Of a stretch of DNA of 64,000 bases, positions 9,291-19,443 are shown one piece after another (the stretch's first letter is position 1; each line of letters begins with the position of its first letter). The notes under the pieces are model-generated. The model ran no database searches. It worked only from the letters and a program-made list of their open reading frames with translations, and was not told the origin of the DNA. This DNA is from an uncultured virus (IMG/VR IMGVR_UViG_3300032053_018320) (Duplodnaviria; Heunggongvirae; Uroviricota; Caudoviricetes): the IMG/VR virus record IMGVR_UViG_3300032053_018320; one strand, 5' to 3'. Both the position numbers and the translations under genes were made by a program.

Positions 9291-10108
9291 AATCTAGCCG
9301 AAATCATCCTTTGTATATTTTTGCTTCTCACGATGATGTCATATCTATACCCGCCACGTTGCTCATGGGCAATGTTCTCACTGACTTTTGCCCTAAATGT
9401 TGGAAATTCACTAAACTTATCTGCTAATTCTTCATTGAGCGTTAAAATCCATGACCCCTTTAAATCACGAATGATTGACACGAGTTCGTCATAATCAAAA
9501 TTCTTGACACCGTAGGCATAATCAGTATCGTATGGTGGGTCCATGAAGAAAAAGGTGTTTTCACCATCCAACTCCGTGAGTATTTTTCTATAATCCTTGT
9601 TCTCGATGGTTGCTAACTTCAACCGCTCGTGAGCGGGAAGTATCCACGACAACTCGAAAAACTGACCACATAATTTCCGCATACCATATTCTTTCAAGGA
9701 ATTATATGCTCCGCAGAACGGGGCGTTGAATACACCCTTTGAGTTACGACGATACAATCCACAATACGCGTTGCGAATGAGATAATAAAAACGAAACGCT
9801 GTTTCAATTGGATCGTTCTTGATGGATGTCCAATCAGTTTTCCTATATCCGTCAAATATTGTTCTGCTTTGTAACGTGAAATCAAATTTCGCCATGAACT
9901 CGTCTGGATGATCACGAAGAACAGCAAAAAAAGTGACAAGAAGATCGTTGACATCGTTGATTATCTCGATTTCCGATGGATTCTTGGCAAAAAACACCGA
10001 ACCACCACCAAAGAATGGTTCTACGTAGACCTTGTGTTTTGGAATGAGCGGTAAAATTATATCTACTAATGATCGCTTCGATCCAAGCCACTTAATCGGT
10101 GAATTCAT
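9287..10108 (-). CDS. Dam-family (D12 class) DNA adenine methyltransferase
   Basis: PIKWLGSK, EPFFGGGSV (SAM binding), NDVN, DPPY. Confidence 0.9.
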   Translation of the reverse strand: MNSPIKWLGSKRSLVDIILPLIPKHKVYVEPFFGGGSVFFAKNPSEIEIINDVNDLLVTFFAVLRDHPDEFMAKFDFTLQSRTIFDGYRKTDWTSIKNDPIETAFRFYYLIRNAYCGLYRRNSKGVFNAPFCGAYNSLKEYGMRKLCGQFFELSWILPAHERLKLATIENKDYRKILTELDGENTFFFMDPPYDTDYAYGVKNFDYDELVSIIRDLKGSWILTLNEELADKFSEFPTFRAKVSENIAHEQRGGYRYDIIVRSKNIQRMISARL

Positions 10109-10112
10109 CGTT

Positions 10113-10379
10113 TCACTCTTCTGTCACGAAATTGAGCACTGCCGTTTCGTTAATCACTGAACCAGTCGGATCAACGAATATATCTTTCATTCGCATTAGT
10201 CTGCCGCTTTCCTTCTTGAGAACGGGAACTGATAATACCTTATCCATCGCTGCTGCGGATCGGGCTTTCGTATTTTTATCGGTGACAAGCACATTAACGT
10301 CGATTCCCTTGCTTGATAGGAATGTCGCTAATTTCTTGCACTTATCACATTGACTCGTTGAATAGAGCGTTATCACCAT
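10113..10379 (-). CDS. NrdH/glutaredoxin-like redoxin
   Basis: TLYSTSQCDKC (CxxC) and SVPVL cis-Pro loop; likely ATG at 10379. Confidence 0.75.
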   Translation of the reverse strand: MVITLYSTSQCDKCKKLATFLSSKGIDVNVLVTDKNTKARSAAAMDKVLSVPVLKKESGRLMRMKDIFVDPTGSVINETAVLNFVTEE

Positions 10380-10495
10380 GAGACAAACCCAACTTATATT
10401 ATTGTTGACACCTTTAATATGTTTCGTCTTTAAATTCGACGATAGATTAAAAAGGCTCACGGGGATAGTTCTATATAGCACTGTTTAGTAAGAAC

Positions 10496-10762
10496 GTGGA
10501 GAATATCATGGCGCCATCCCGTGAAACCGCTGACATTTTAGATATATTCGATAAACTCAATGTGTCAGCGAAAGCATTCATCGAATCAAATGACAATATT
10601 TTGACCTTGATGACAAAGATAGAAAAAATGAATGAGCAACAACGAATCAAGATTCCTAATTATATACTGCGAGACATTGAAAAGTTCGGCAATCACGTAA
10701 CTTTTTCTGGTAATCTCTTGAAAGAAATTCATGATTGGTTTGAAACTCAAACGAAGGAATGA
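10496..10762 (+). CDS. small helical hypothetical protein
   Basis: ORF after a TATATA box near 10472. Confidence 0.5.
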   Translation: MENIMAPSRETADILDIFDKLNVSAKAFIESNDNILTLMTKIEKMNEQQRIKIPNYILRDIEKFGNHVTFSGNLLKEIHDWFETQTKE

Positions 10763-10847
10763 ATGTGTTCGTGCTGATAATGTGTTAAAAACGAATGAAA
10801 TATATCAGCATCGAAATTTCGAGTGTTTAAAAATAAAAAATTATTTT

Positions 10848-11324
10848 TCATTCAACATATGATGTCAGCATCCACGATGGATATGACACATAACTACCAA
10901 CGTGACCAACAGGATTCTTGATTGCTGGAACATTCTTTTTATAAATTGCTGCCAATTCATCCATGAATTTCGTTATCACGTTATTAAATTCGTCTTCATC
11001 TTCTTTATCACGTTTATCGATCGTGAAATTCATCGTTTCATCGATTGCGTGATGATACGTGCTCGACGCAAGTGAAACGAGACGCTGACGATTGACACCA
11101 GGTGGAATGAATATATCGAGACCAAACTTTTCGCTAATACTTCTCAATGTCTCGTCACCAAGGTCTTGACGAGAACAACTGGATTCGTCGTTGAATAATT
11201 CATCGAATAATCGTGGATCGATGGAAACTCCATATCGAAAATCTGCTACACACGGCATATTAACACCATTACAACAGACGTCACGAGAAATAAAAGGATA
11301 TTTGTTCGTTACACAAGGGTTCAT
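10848..11324 (-). CDS. hypothetical protein, paralog of 11321..11743
   Basis: ADFRYG...LFDELF...FIPPGVNRQRLVSL...SWMLTSYVE. Confidence 0.75.
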   Translation of the reverse strand: MNPCVTNKYPFISRDVCCNGVNMPCVADFRYGVSIDPRLFDELFNDESSCSRQDLGDETLRSISEKFGLDIFIPPGVNRQRLVSLASSTYHHAIDETMNFTIDKRDKEDEDEFNNVITKFMDELAAIYKKNVPAIKNPVGHVGSYVSYPSWMLTSYVE

Positions 11325-11743
11325 TCAACGTATGCAGTTAAAATCCACGACACACTCGACATATTATATATCACGATAGAACGGGCGATTTTCGCCGTTT
11401 TCTTGGATTTTTTAGCATAAAACTCGGTTAGTGCATCGATGAATTTTTCAACGTTGATCTTCGTGTTAGTTATTATGCTTACCACTCGTTCATCGGTCTC
11501 GTTGAACGAGAAATATCGTGAATCGTTTTCAGCACGAACTGGCTGACTTCTTTCGAGTGATACGATTCGTTCACGATTTTCACCTGGTGGCACGAATAAC
11601 TTCAAGTCATTGTCTTTACACACAAGACGAATGAATGAATCACCTGACTCCATTCGTTCACAACCCTTCTTGTCACTGAATAATTCATCATACAACTGCG
11701 GTAGTATCATGATACCGTATCGAAGTTCTGCTATCGTTGGCAT
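11321..11743 (-). CDS. hypothetical protein, paralog of 10848..11324
   Basis: AELRYG...LYDELF...FVPPGENRERIVSL...SWILTAYVE. Confidence 0.75.
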   Translation of the reverse strand: MPTIAELRYGIMILPQLYDELFSDKKGCERMESGDSFIRLVCKDNDLKLFVPPGENRERIVSLERSQPVRAENDSRYFSFNETDERVVSIITNTKINVEKFIDALTEFYAKKSKKTAKIARSIVIYNMSSVSWILTAYVE

Positions 11744-11827
11744 TCAATGTTTCACCAAGGGACATCATATCAACAAACAATTTAAAAATTTTGAAATGAA
11801 CTAATAAAAAAAGTTAAAAATCTCGTC

Positions 11828-12109
11828 TTAACATTCTTTTGAAACTTTAATATCATTCATTTTAAGCAAGTCAGTTAGAACGTGATCGAGAACTGCTAAA
11901 TACCTTTTGTGAACGACAGGATCACCTATCACCATACTAACAAACTGTTCGCCTAACTCACGGAACGCGTCACTAACGAATGAGTCCCAATCTTTTATTT
12001 GTGATGGCTCGATGTTATAAATAAGTTTCAAATCTGCCACTAATTGGTCTTCACTGTAAACAATCAAGTTTTTATACCTATTACCAATTTTCACTGCTTT
12101 CTTAGCCAT
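11828..12109 (-). CDS. hypothetical protein
   Basis: own promoter and terminator; ends SKEC. Confidence 0.55.
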   Translation of the reverse strand: MAKKAVKIGNRYKNLIVYSEDQLVADLKLIYNIEPSQIKDWDSFVSDAFRELGEQFVSMVIGDPVVHKRYLAVLDHVLTDLLKMNDIKVSKEC

Positions 12110-12216
12110 ATTAAATCATTAACTCCAAGAATTTCTATTATATCATTGATCGTGGTAGATTAAAAGATATTGCTATGGAAACATATAAAAATAGTGAATA
12201 ATAATATTCATTCATC

Positions 12217-13209
12217 ATGAAGCGATTCACGAGTTCAGCCATTTATTTAACCAGATCGTGTAATCTTTCGTGTGAATATTGTTTAGTTCCAAAAATACCC
12301 ACGAAAGATGCTGAAAAGGATGATATATCACGAGCACTCGATGTGATGGAAAGCAATTCGGAATTCATCATACTATTTGGTGGCGAGCCAACTATTTCGC
12401 CATATTTGGATGATGCGATAACGAAATTGGTGAATGATAATGCCGATTTCACGCTCATAACAAATGGCGTTAGATTGAAAGATGAAAATTATTGTCGTCA
12501 TCTTCGTGACATTGGTTTAAAGTCTATCACCATTAGCTATGATTCGTATAAATCATTCTCGTTGAAATTACTGCCCTTACTCAAGAAACTGTTTGCCGAT
12601 GTTTCAGTTAACATCATATATGATCGTCAAATGGTCGGTAAGTTATATCCGTTGATCCGACAACTGACCGAGCAAGGAATATGGAGTATCGTGACGGCAT
12701 ATGTTTTCTTCAATGATGATCGTGAACATTGGTATTTCAATAAGCCAGTTCAGAAATTTCAAGTCACTCGTGCTCAAGGTCCGACTGTTGCTCACGAGAT
12801 GGAATTGATCCAAGATAACTATGGTAATCTCAAAATTCATAATAGTCGTGCTTATTTCAACGATATGATAGATCATATATTCTTGATGGATTGGCATTGT
12901 GATAGATGGAAAGTGTTGTTTGTTAACAACGATCTTCGTGTGCAATTCTGTCAAGATTTGCCAGCATCGAATTACACGGTATTCGATCTTGACGAGAAAT
13001 ATGACGAAATGAAAACTGCTTGGCGACAGGCAGTTCTAACGTGTAAGGGTTGTTATATCAATTGTTTCTTCGATGCAGAACATATCGAACCAGCCAAGGT
13101 TCGTCACGAAATTATCACGAATGAACAACGAAATAAACCATACAAGGATGAGTCATTCGTGATGGGTGGCGGCAAATTCCGACCAGATTACGGTAGTGAT
13201 GATAGTTGA
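12217..13209 (+). CDS. radical SAM protein with a C-terminal SPASM/Twitch-like Cys cluster
   Basis: CNLSCEYC, FGGEP, ITNG; C-terminal HC...FC...CKGCYINC. Confidence 0.85.
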   Translation: MKRFTSSAIYLTRSCNLSCEYCLVPKIPTKDAEKDDISRALDVMESNSEFIILFGGEPTISPYLDDAITKLVNDNADFTLITNGVRLKDENYCRHLRDIGLKSITISYDSYKSFSLKLLPLLKKLFADVSVNIIYDRQMVGKLYPLIRQLTEQGIWSIVTAYVFFNDDREHWYFNKPVQKFQVTRAQGPTVAHEMELIQDNYGNLKIHNSRAYFNDMIDHIFLMDWHCDRWKVLFVNNDLRVQFCQDLPASNYTVFDLDEKYDEMKTAWRQAVLTCKGCYINCFFDAEHIEPAKVRHEIITNEQRNKPYKDESFVMGGGKFRPDYGSDDS

Positions 13210-13412
13210 ACATCAGTGAATTGATCGAAAAACTGCAGCAATGTGACCCAGACACTGAAATCATCATACAAACGTATGACGGCGATTATAGACCACTGTT
13301 TGAAATGGGTATTCAGTATGGATGGTTGAAGGGCAATACATTTTATTCAGATTTTGATGTCGACGATCTTGAAAAGGATACGTCGACCATGAAACGGGTG
13401 ATGATGGTATGA
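13206..13412 (+). CDS. small phage-type hypothetical protein
   Basis: MNISELIEKLQQCDPDTEI N-terminus, typical of small viral proteins. Confidence 0.55.
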   Translation: MNISELIEKLQQCDPDTEIIIQTYDGDYRPLFEMGIQYGWLKGNTFYSDFDVDDLEKDTSTMKRVMMV

Positions 13413-13984
13413 ACATTCTATCCGTTTGGCGACCTGAAGATTACTCGAACAAATTGGAATTCATTCGGACTATCGCTGCTCGACAACGATGCGCAGTTCT
13501 CGATGCACAAATGTGTGAAATGGACTTTCTTATTGGTGAACGTATCAAGATAAAATATATGAACATCACTTCACGATATTTCGAGTCCAAAACTCGCTCG
13601 CTCAATATATTACCTGACTGGCCCGGCACAACGTGGATCAGCGATTTGCTCCATTTAATCAATACAGTCGATGAACAAATCGTGTTTATTCATGATTATG
13701 ACGATATCCTTCATCGAGTGTTCAATCAAATGTATCACAAACATCTTAAGTGGAACGATATCGAACGGTGGGATGTTCTCGACTCAAAAGTGGTGTATTT
13801 TTTCATTAAAGCGAGAAAGTTTGATGGCTCAAACGATAAACCAAACAAATCATTAACACCCTTTTCGATAAATGCAAATGATGGTCTCATGCGAGGACGG
13901 TTTAATCGTATTGATATCGGATGGGGTGGTAACGATGCTACTAATTTTCATGCAATATTTAATGATCCGCTCGACGACGATTGA
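13409..13984 (+). CDS. hypothetical protein
   Basis: ATGA overlap with the upstream ORF. Confidence 0.6.
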   Translation: MNILSVWRPEDYSNKLEFIRTIAARQRCAVLDAQMCEMDFLIGERIKIKYMNITSRYFESKTRSLNILPDWPGTTWISDLLHLINTVDEQIVFIHDYDDILHRVFNQMYHKHLKWNDIERWDVLDSKVVYFFIKARKFDGSNDKPNKSLTPFSINANDGLMRGRFNRIDIGWGGNDATNFHAIFNDPLDDD

Positions 13985-13990
13985 TGAAAA

Positions 13991-14251
13991 ATGATCACTG
14001 TCAACGACCTTCAAGGCAAGGACATTCCAGTTTCCGGCATTTGTCCAATTTGTTTTGATCTTAATCATCATAATGATCATGAATGGGAACGATTGCGTAG
14101 TCATCTCGTGCAATCTCATGGTCTCAAACCGTTAGGCAATAGCAAACGTGTTCAAGCGTGGGTAGAACGAAATCGTGAAAAGTATAATGAGAAACAACGT
14201 GGTTATCAGAAAAAATATAAAAAAAAGAAAAAAATGGCTGATAGGAAGTGA
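13991..14251 (+). CDS. C2H2 zinc-finger protein with basic tail
   Basis: CPIC...LRSHLVQSH and a Lys-rich C-terminus. Confidence 0.7.
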   Translation: MITVNDLQGKDIPVSGICPICFDLNHHNDHEWERLRSHLVQSHGLKPLGNSKRVQAWVERNREKYNEKQRGYQKKYKKKKKMADRK

Positions 14252-14252
14252 A

Positions 14253-14480
14253 ATGATGACGAGTTTACTCAACGATTTCCTAAAATGGAATCACGGATTG
14301 GATGTATTATTGATATTGGCTATTGTATCGATTGTTGGTGCTGGAATATTCGCTGTCCTTGGTTCATATGTTTTTCTCATTCTGTCGATCCAAGGATTAA
14401 CGGTTTGTTATGTTTTTTCAAGTTTGTGGTATCAATATCAAATCCAGCAACTGAAAAAAGAAAAAAACTCACACGAGTGA
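14253..14480 (+). CDS. small two-TM membrane protein
   Basis: two hydrophobic segments; likely ATG at 14253. Confidence 0.5.
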   Translation: MMTSLLNDFLKWNHGLDVLLILAIVSIVGAGIFAVLGSYVFLILSIQGLTVCYVFSSLWYQYQIQQLKKEKNSHE

Positions 14481-14795
14481 CATCAAACGATCGTGGAGTT
14501 CATCCAATTCTTTATCGTCGAGCACACTAAATGGTATCTGGGTGTGCCCAAATCCGCTGAAATGACGAATATCAACTGCTTGCTTCGTGACGTTAAATAT
14601 CGTTCCACCAAGATGAAGTGGAACACGAGAAGCAAATATCGTGTGTAATCCATTGTCGTTTTCTATTTCATCGACAATACTTTGCAACCGACCAGCCCGT
14701 TCCAAGAATCGCACAATATCAACGATTCCGTTCATTCCTTGCTGCCTCGTCATATTCGGAGGCTCATCTGATGTATTGCCAGATTCTGTTGCCAT
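14469..14795 (-). CDS. hypothetical protein
   Basis: 108-aa ORF with ATG start. Confidence 0.5.
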   Translation of the reverse strand: MATESGNTSDEPPNMTRQQGMNGIVDIVRFLERAGRLQSIVDEIENDNGLHTIFASRVPLHLGGTIFNVTKQAVDIRHFSGFGHTQIPFSVLDDKELDELHDRLMSLV

Positions 14796-14805
14796 TGTAA
14801 CGACA

Positions 14806-15550
14806 CTACGATTTTAATTTACCAATACGTTTTTGATTTTTAACTTGGCACCCTTTAACCGACTTAATATGAATATATGTGACAATAACGATAACTGCAA
14901 CGACGCCAATTCCAAGTCCAACCATGATATTGATGTCGTTCATTGTTACACCGTTTGGTACGGTGTTCGATATGACGAGAATTTCACATTTCGATGTGCC
15001 GAATTGCGTTGCTGTTGTCCATGATAACGACCCAGATACATTTGAACCAATGACATCAACGAGATACCCGTGGAGAGTCAAGATCGATCCATTCACCACG
15101 CTTTTTATACTTTGAAGTGCATCATACGTTCTCGCTATGCAATGAATATTACCAATATTTGATACAACTGTTTGAACTTGACTATCCGGCGCTTGAAAAC
15201 TGACATTCACGACACGATTCGTCCATATATAATTGAAGTGAAATTGAGTCGGATCGTCTTTAACAATGCCGGTTCCTATCAATATATCGATAGGACTAAT
15301 GTAATTGACAGGCTCTGAGTCATTAACATCATAAAAGTTATATGACAACACACGACCTGTTATCGTCCATGATGGATTTTGAACGGTTAGGTCAAACGTC
15401 CACGAATGTGCATTGATGGTCGTATCATTCGTGAATTGATAGTCATCGAATGTTGTTAAAGTTGCTGCGCTTCTTGATATTGGTAGACACGCAATGAATA
15501 TCAACGATATACATAAAATCGAAAGTTTTTTCGACGTTTTTTGCTGACAC
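14806..15550 (-). CDS. secreted/membrane-anchored protein with an apparent +1 frameshift in the signal peptide
   Basis: hydrophobic N-terminal segment, C-terminal TM helix, SPID/NIH/GYLVDV/CEI motifs; GTG at 15550 is out of frame by one A in the A6 run. Confidence 0.6.
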
Positions 15551-15689
15551 CTATGTTAGATTCATCGTTGATGATTCGTTTCTTTATCGTGAATAATTCA
15601 TCTTCTTGGAATAAAAATGTGATCGTTATTGGATGGGTGATATTAACACTCGATTAACAAAATATAGACAGTTAATATAGTTAAAAAGA

Positions 15690-16220
15690 TTAACACATTC
15701 GATGCGGCATATAAGCAAAATCTCGAAAGAACTTATATTCCTGTTTTCGTGGAACGATCGTTCGTGATGTAAATTTCTGTCCAAGTTCTCGTAACTTATT
15801 GTTGACTTTTTTCTTATCACCAATCGATACTATATACGTATTATCAACAAGTTCTCTACCAGTGTATCTAACAACGATCGGCACAGAACCATAAAGATAA
15901 AAAACACCAGAATGTTCATACTTCGCTGGATCGATTTGGTCAGCATACTGGATTAGCCACTTATTAAATTCATTTGTGCTATAAATGGCGACAACTTTCA
16001 ATTCAGATGGATTGGTATTTCGCAACTCTTTCATTGTTGTTTCGTTATTATCGATGACTTCATCCAATATAGTTAATATTTTTGGAATACGTTCATCCAT
16101 ATTCCGTATAACATCAGTATCAAGTGATTTAACTGCAGATTTCATCAATTTATCAGCACACTGAAGAATTTCGAGTTGTTTCTTTAATTCGCTGAATTCG
16201 CCCACGTCATCGTCTTCCAT
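15690..16220 (-). CDS. hypothetical protein with one copy of a ~95-aa repeat domain
   Basis: W....FYLYGSVPIVV...KFFRDF matches both repeats of the neighbouring gene. Confidence 0.7.
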   Translation of the reverse strand: MEDDDVGEFSELKKQLEILQCADKLMKSAVKSLDTDVIRNMDERIPKILTILDEVIDNNETTMKELRNTNPSELKVVAIYSTNEFNKWLIQYADQIDPAKYEHSGVFYLYGSVPIVVRYTGRELVDNTYIVSIGDKKKVNNKLRELGQKFTSRTIVPRKQEYKFFRDFAYMPHRMC

Positions 16221-17140
16221 GGTTCGTCGTCCTTTGCTTTCATTGGTAATATGGTCGTTTCAAGTTGTTTGGCAATGGCTTCGTCTCTCGGCTTAACTTT
16301 ATTTTCATCGTCTATATATCCTCGGAAAAACTTCGATTGATTGATCGTGGCTTTCACCACGATAGTATTTGTTATTCGTGAAAATTCACGAATTCGTTCC
16401 TTGACACGTTGTTCGTCTTTCACAAGAACGAAGATTCTATATTGACTCGTGCGAATGAACACGGCGATTGGTATCATACCCCATAGGTAGAATTTATGAC
16501 CAGTATTCTTTGTATATGCTTCACCGACCTTCTTACATTCAGTATTCAACCAGTTTTTTATCTTATTGCTTTCGCCCTTGAACATAGAAATGGTCACATC
16601 TGGACGCATTTTCTTCGGCACGCCAGTGTGGTCAAACAAGAATTTCAATTGATTCTCCGTTGGAATTACTGTGCAACACGATGAAATACCAGCATGACCG
16701 TGAAGAGCCTTTAAAACTGCTACCCTATCATTCGGTAACACGATGATTCTGTTTTTCGTATCGATGACGAGTGGTATTTCATCGAGCATAAGGTAACGAT
16801 CCAGTTCGTTAACTCCAAACGGGTTCTTTATATGACGACAATAATCACGACACCAACGATGAAGATTTGGAAAGTAATTGGTATGAATTACTGTTACACG
16901 GTATTTCGTGAACGCTGGTCGTAATTTATCCATTTTTTCGATGATGTCTGACCTAACCGCAGCGGCAAGTTCAAGCATTTGTTCGATTCGATTATCGTAG
17001 TTCACAAAATCTATCGGTTTTTCTTCATTCGTTAGTTTACGAATGATGTCTATCATACATCGTCGAACATATCGTAGGTTATCGTAATCCTTGAGCATTT
17101 CGCTTCTATGAAGAACGGAATCATCGATTTCAGATGACAT
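16184..17140 (-). CDS. hypothetical protein with two copies of a ~95-aa repeat domain
   Basis: YLMLDEIPLVI...QLKFLFDH and FYLWGMIPIAV...QSKFFRGY. Confidence 0.7.
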   Translation of the reverse strand: MSSEIDDSVLHRSEMLKDYDNLRYVRRCMIDIIRKLTNEEKPIDFVNYDNRIEQMLELAAAVRSDIIEKMDKLRPAFTKYRVTVIHTNYFPNLHRWCRDYCRHIKNPFGVNELDRYLMLDEIPLVIDTKNRIIVLPNDRVAVLKALHGHAGISSCCTVIPTENQLKFLFDHTGVPKKMRPDVTISMFKGESNKIKNWLNTECKKVGEAYTKNTGHKFYLWGMIPIAVFIRTSQYRIFVLVKDEQRVKERIREFSRITNTIVVKATINQSKFFRGYIDDENKVKPRDEAIAKQLETTILPMKAKDDEPWKTMTWANSAN

Positions 17141-17153
17141 CTACCATCACACC

Positions 17154-17570
17154 CTATGTATAGAATACAAATGAATCTGTATATGTTATGCCGTCAATGA
17201 ATAGTCCGGCGAAAAATGCAATCACTATAACGATGATACCAAATATCCTTGGATTTCGCTCGTGATAATAAAATGCGACTGGAAATAAAACGAATAATGC
17301 AATCATCGCCAACATCCAGTGATGATAATGAAATCCACCAAATACGTTTGGCGATCCGATTAGTCCAGCTTGTTGCAACGCATTACCAGCACGTCCGATA
17401 AATATACCAATGAGTAAGAACGCCAAAGCCATGAGAAATAGTTTCTTTGGCTCAATAAACGACGGATTAACGTTACAGCCGCTATTCTTTGTTATGTTTC
17501 GTGGCTTCTTTGACATACGAACTTGATCACTGATAGACATCATCAGTGAAGGGATTAAAAAACTTTCCAT
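17154..17570 (-). CDS. membrane protein with a GFHYHHW motif
   Basis: three hydrophobic segments and an HxHH motif. Confidence 0.65.
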   Translation of the reverse strand: MESFLIPSLMMSISDQVRMSKKPRNITKNSGCNVNPSFIEPKKLFLMALAFLLIGIFIGRAGNALQQAGLIGSPNVFGGFHYHHWMLAMIALFVLFPVAFYYHERNPRIFGIIVIVIAFFAGLFIDGITYTDSFVFYT

Positions 17571-17583
17571 GACGATGATGATC

Positions 17584-17796
17584 TCACGAAATATTTGGTA
17601 AAATGAAGTAAACGACTGGTGAACGGCCTCGACGAATTTCTCGTCGTTCTGAGTCCTTTTTTCCGATGATTCGTTCAGCGATCAACTGTTTAAGGTTGTC
17701 GTGAATCGTCGTTCGTGGTTTTTGCATCATCGACCATAAATTATCGAGTGTCAATTGACCGAAATCTCGTAATAATTTTTGTATTTCATTTTTCAT
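17584..17796 (-). CDS. winged helix-turn-helix DNA-binding protein
   Basis: LTLDNLWSMMQKPRTTIHDNLKQL followed by an RRGRSPVVYF wing. Confidence 0.7.
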   Translation of the reverse strand: MKNEIQKLLRDFGQLTLDNLWSMMQKPRTTIHDNLKQLIAERIIGKKDSERREIRRGRSPVVYFILPNIS

Positions 17797-18329
17797 TCTA
17801 TCACATCAACGCATTCAACAACTTCACCATCTTCATGAACGTTGAACGGAACATCGTCCTTGCATTGATAATTTTCCAGTCGCTCGATCAATTTCTCGAA
17901 TGGAATGGTTAGTTGAAAATCACGAAGAATTTTCATGATTGCAGTGTTTATGGCTTCAAGATAGATGTATTCCATTCCATACTCTAGTCGTTCATCGATA
18001 TATCGTATGATGTTGAAGAATGATATATTGAGCATACTGCTCGTTATTCTATAATCATCAATATCATATTTGAACGCAAATTTATACTTCTTGAAATAAA
18101 TCACCACTAGGTTGATGAGCGACGCGATCTTATTGATGAAAATATCGTTCGTTGCCACCAACTGGTATTGTTTGAGATTCATGCACTCAGCAAGATGCTT
18201 CTTGATGTGATCGAATAATATTTTGTCCTTACCACGTTTCACATATTCATGAGCGATGATGGTTGTCCATTGTTCATATCGTTCGTGAATATCTGGTTGT
18301 AGTTGAGTAGTTTGTTCTGTCATGATCAT
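17793..18329 (-). CDS. hypothetical protein
   Basis: coupled ORF. Confidence 0.55.
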   Translation of the reverse strand: MIMTEQTTQLQPDIHERYEQWTTIIAHEYVKRGKDKILFDHIKKHLAECMNLKQYQLVATNDIFINKIASLINLVVIYFKKYKFAFKYDIDDYRITSSMLNISFFNIIRYIDERLEYGMEYIYLEAINTAIMKILRDFQLTIPFEKLIERLENYQCKDDVPFNVHEDGEVVECVDVIE

Positions 18330-19378
18330 ACTTCACCAAATCGTTCTCGTATTAACGTTCGTAATTTCTGCGTTGGTAATGATGGTTGGTATCTATCACA
18401 CTTTTCACAATCGTTAGGATTTATCACACAATTACAAAATGATTTGCACCTGATCTCGCTCGATTCGTCCTTGAACCATCGACACGTGAGAATATCATCG
18501 ATGTTCTTGGTCGTTGAATCTATCTCGTCGATCGTATCGCTAATGCTTCGTCGAACAACTGCATTGATGAATCGAGGTTGCTTCGTTCGATCAACACGAG
18601 AGCCAGAAAACGATTGTTGCTGATACACGTTAAGGACTCGTTTCAAGGCAGTTTTACAATATGCTTTTGATATGTCGATGCCGGCAAATCGCCATCCAAG
18701 TTCGTATGCAACTTTCGCAGTCGTTCCTACGCCGTTGAATGGGTCTACAACGAAATCGCCACGAAATGAGTAAAACTTAAGCAATCGTCTAGGTAAAGCC
18801 TCTGGAAAGACAGCGGGATGTCCATATGTATCTTCTTGGTTTGGCTCTGGTTGAAAATACCATTCTGCTTTTCGCCACTCAACAAATTCGATCTCGGTCA
18901 TATCGATGTTTTCGTTATTGCCGTGTTTCTTTGGGTCTTCTTTGTAGTAGATATCGATGTATTCCCACGGATACATAATATATGGCGCTGACGGTGATCC
19001 ATAACTACCAAACTGCGAATGTCTCGTGTTGCAACCTTTCATCCATTCGTGCTCGGATTTCCACTTGAATCCTATCTTGTGCAGTTGATGCCAAATGACG
19101 TGATGTGTCGGAACGCCAGCTGAAAACACTGGCTGAACGTCAATGCAAATTCGACCATCAGGTTTAAGGATTCTATAACATTGTTGCCAAATAGGAACGA
19201 GCGACGCAAGATATTTCATTGGCGAAATTGTGTCATCAGTCGAATCGTAAGATTTGCCAAAACTATACTGTGGCGAAGTGATAATTATGTCAACGGAATT
19301 ATCTGGAAATAGTGTTAACGCATACCGTGAGTCACCGTTGATGATGACATTTGTTAAGGCATCCAACACTTGTGACAT
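18326..19378 (-). CDS. beta-class amino DNA methyltransferase (probably N4-cytosine) with a C-terminal Cys-rich domain
   Basis: TSPQY catalytic motif before DPFNGVGTT; HPAVFPEALP. Confidence 0.85.
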   Translation of the reverse strand: MSQVLDALTNVIINGDSRYALTLFPDNSVDIIITSPQYSFGKSYDSTDDTISPMKYLASLVPIWQQCYRILKPDGRICIDVQPVFSAGVPTHHVIWHQLHKIGFKWKSEHEWMKGCNTRHSQFGSYGSPSAPYIMYPWEYIDIYYKEDPKKHGNNENIDMTEIEFVEWRKAEWYFQPEPNQEDTYGHPAVFPEALPRRLLKFYSFRGDFVVDPFNGVGTTAKVAYELGWRFAGIDISKAYCKTALKRVLNVYQQQSFSGSRVDRTKQPRFINAVVRRSISDTIDEIDSTTKNIDDILTCRWFKDESSEIRCKSFCNCVINPNDCEKCDRYQPSLPTQKLRTLIRERFGEV

Positions 19379-19443
19379 TCAATTCGACCGACGATCGTTA
19401 TCGATTGAATATCATTAATCAAACTTTAAATATGTTTTCGTCA

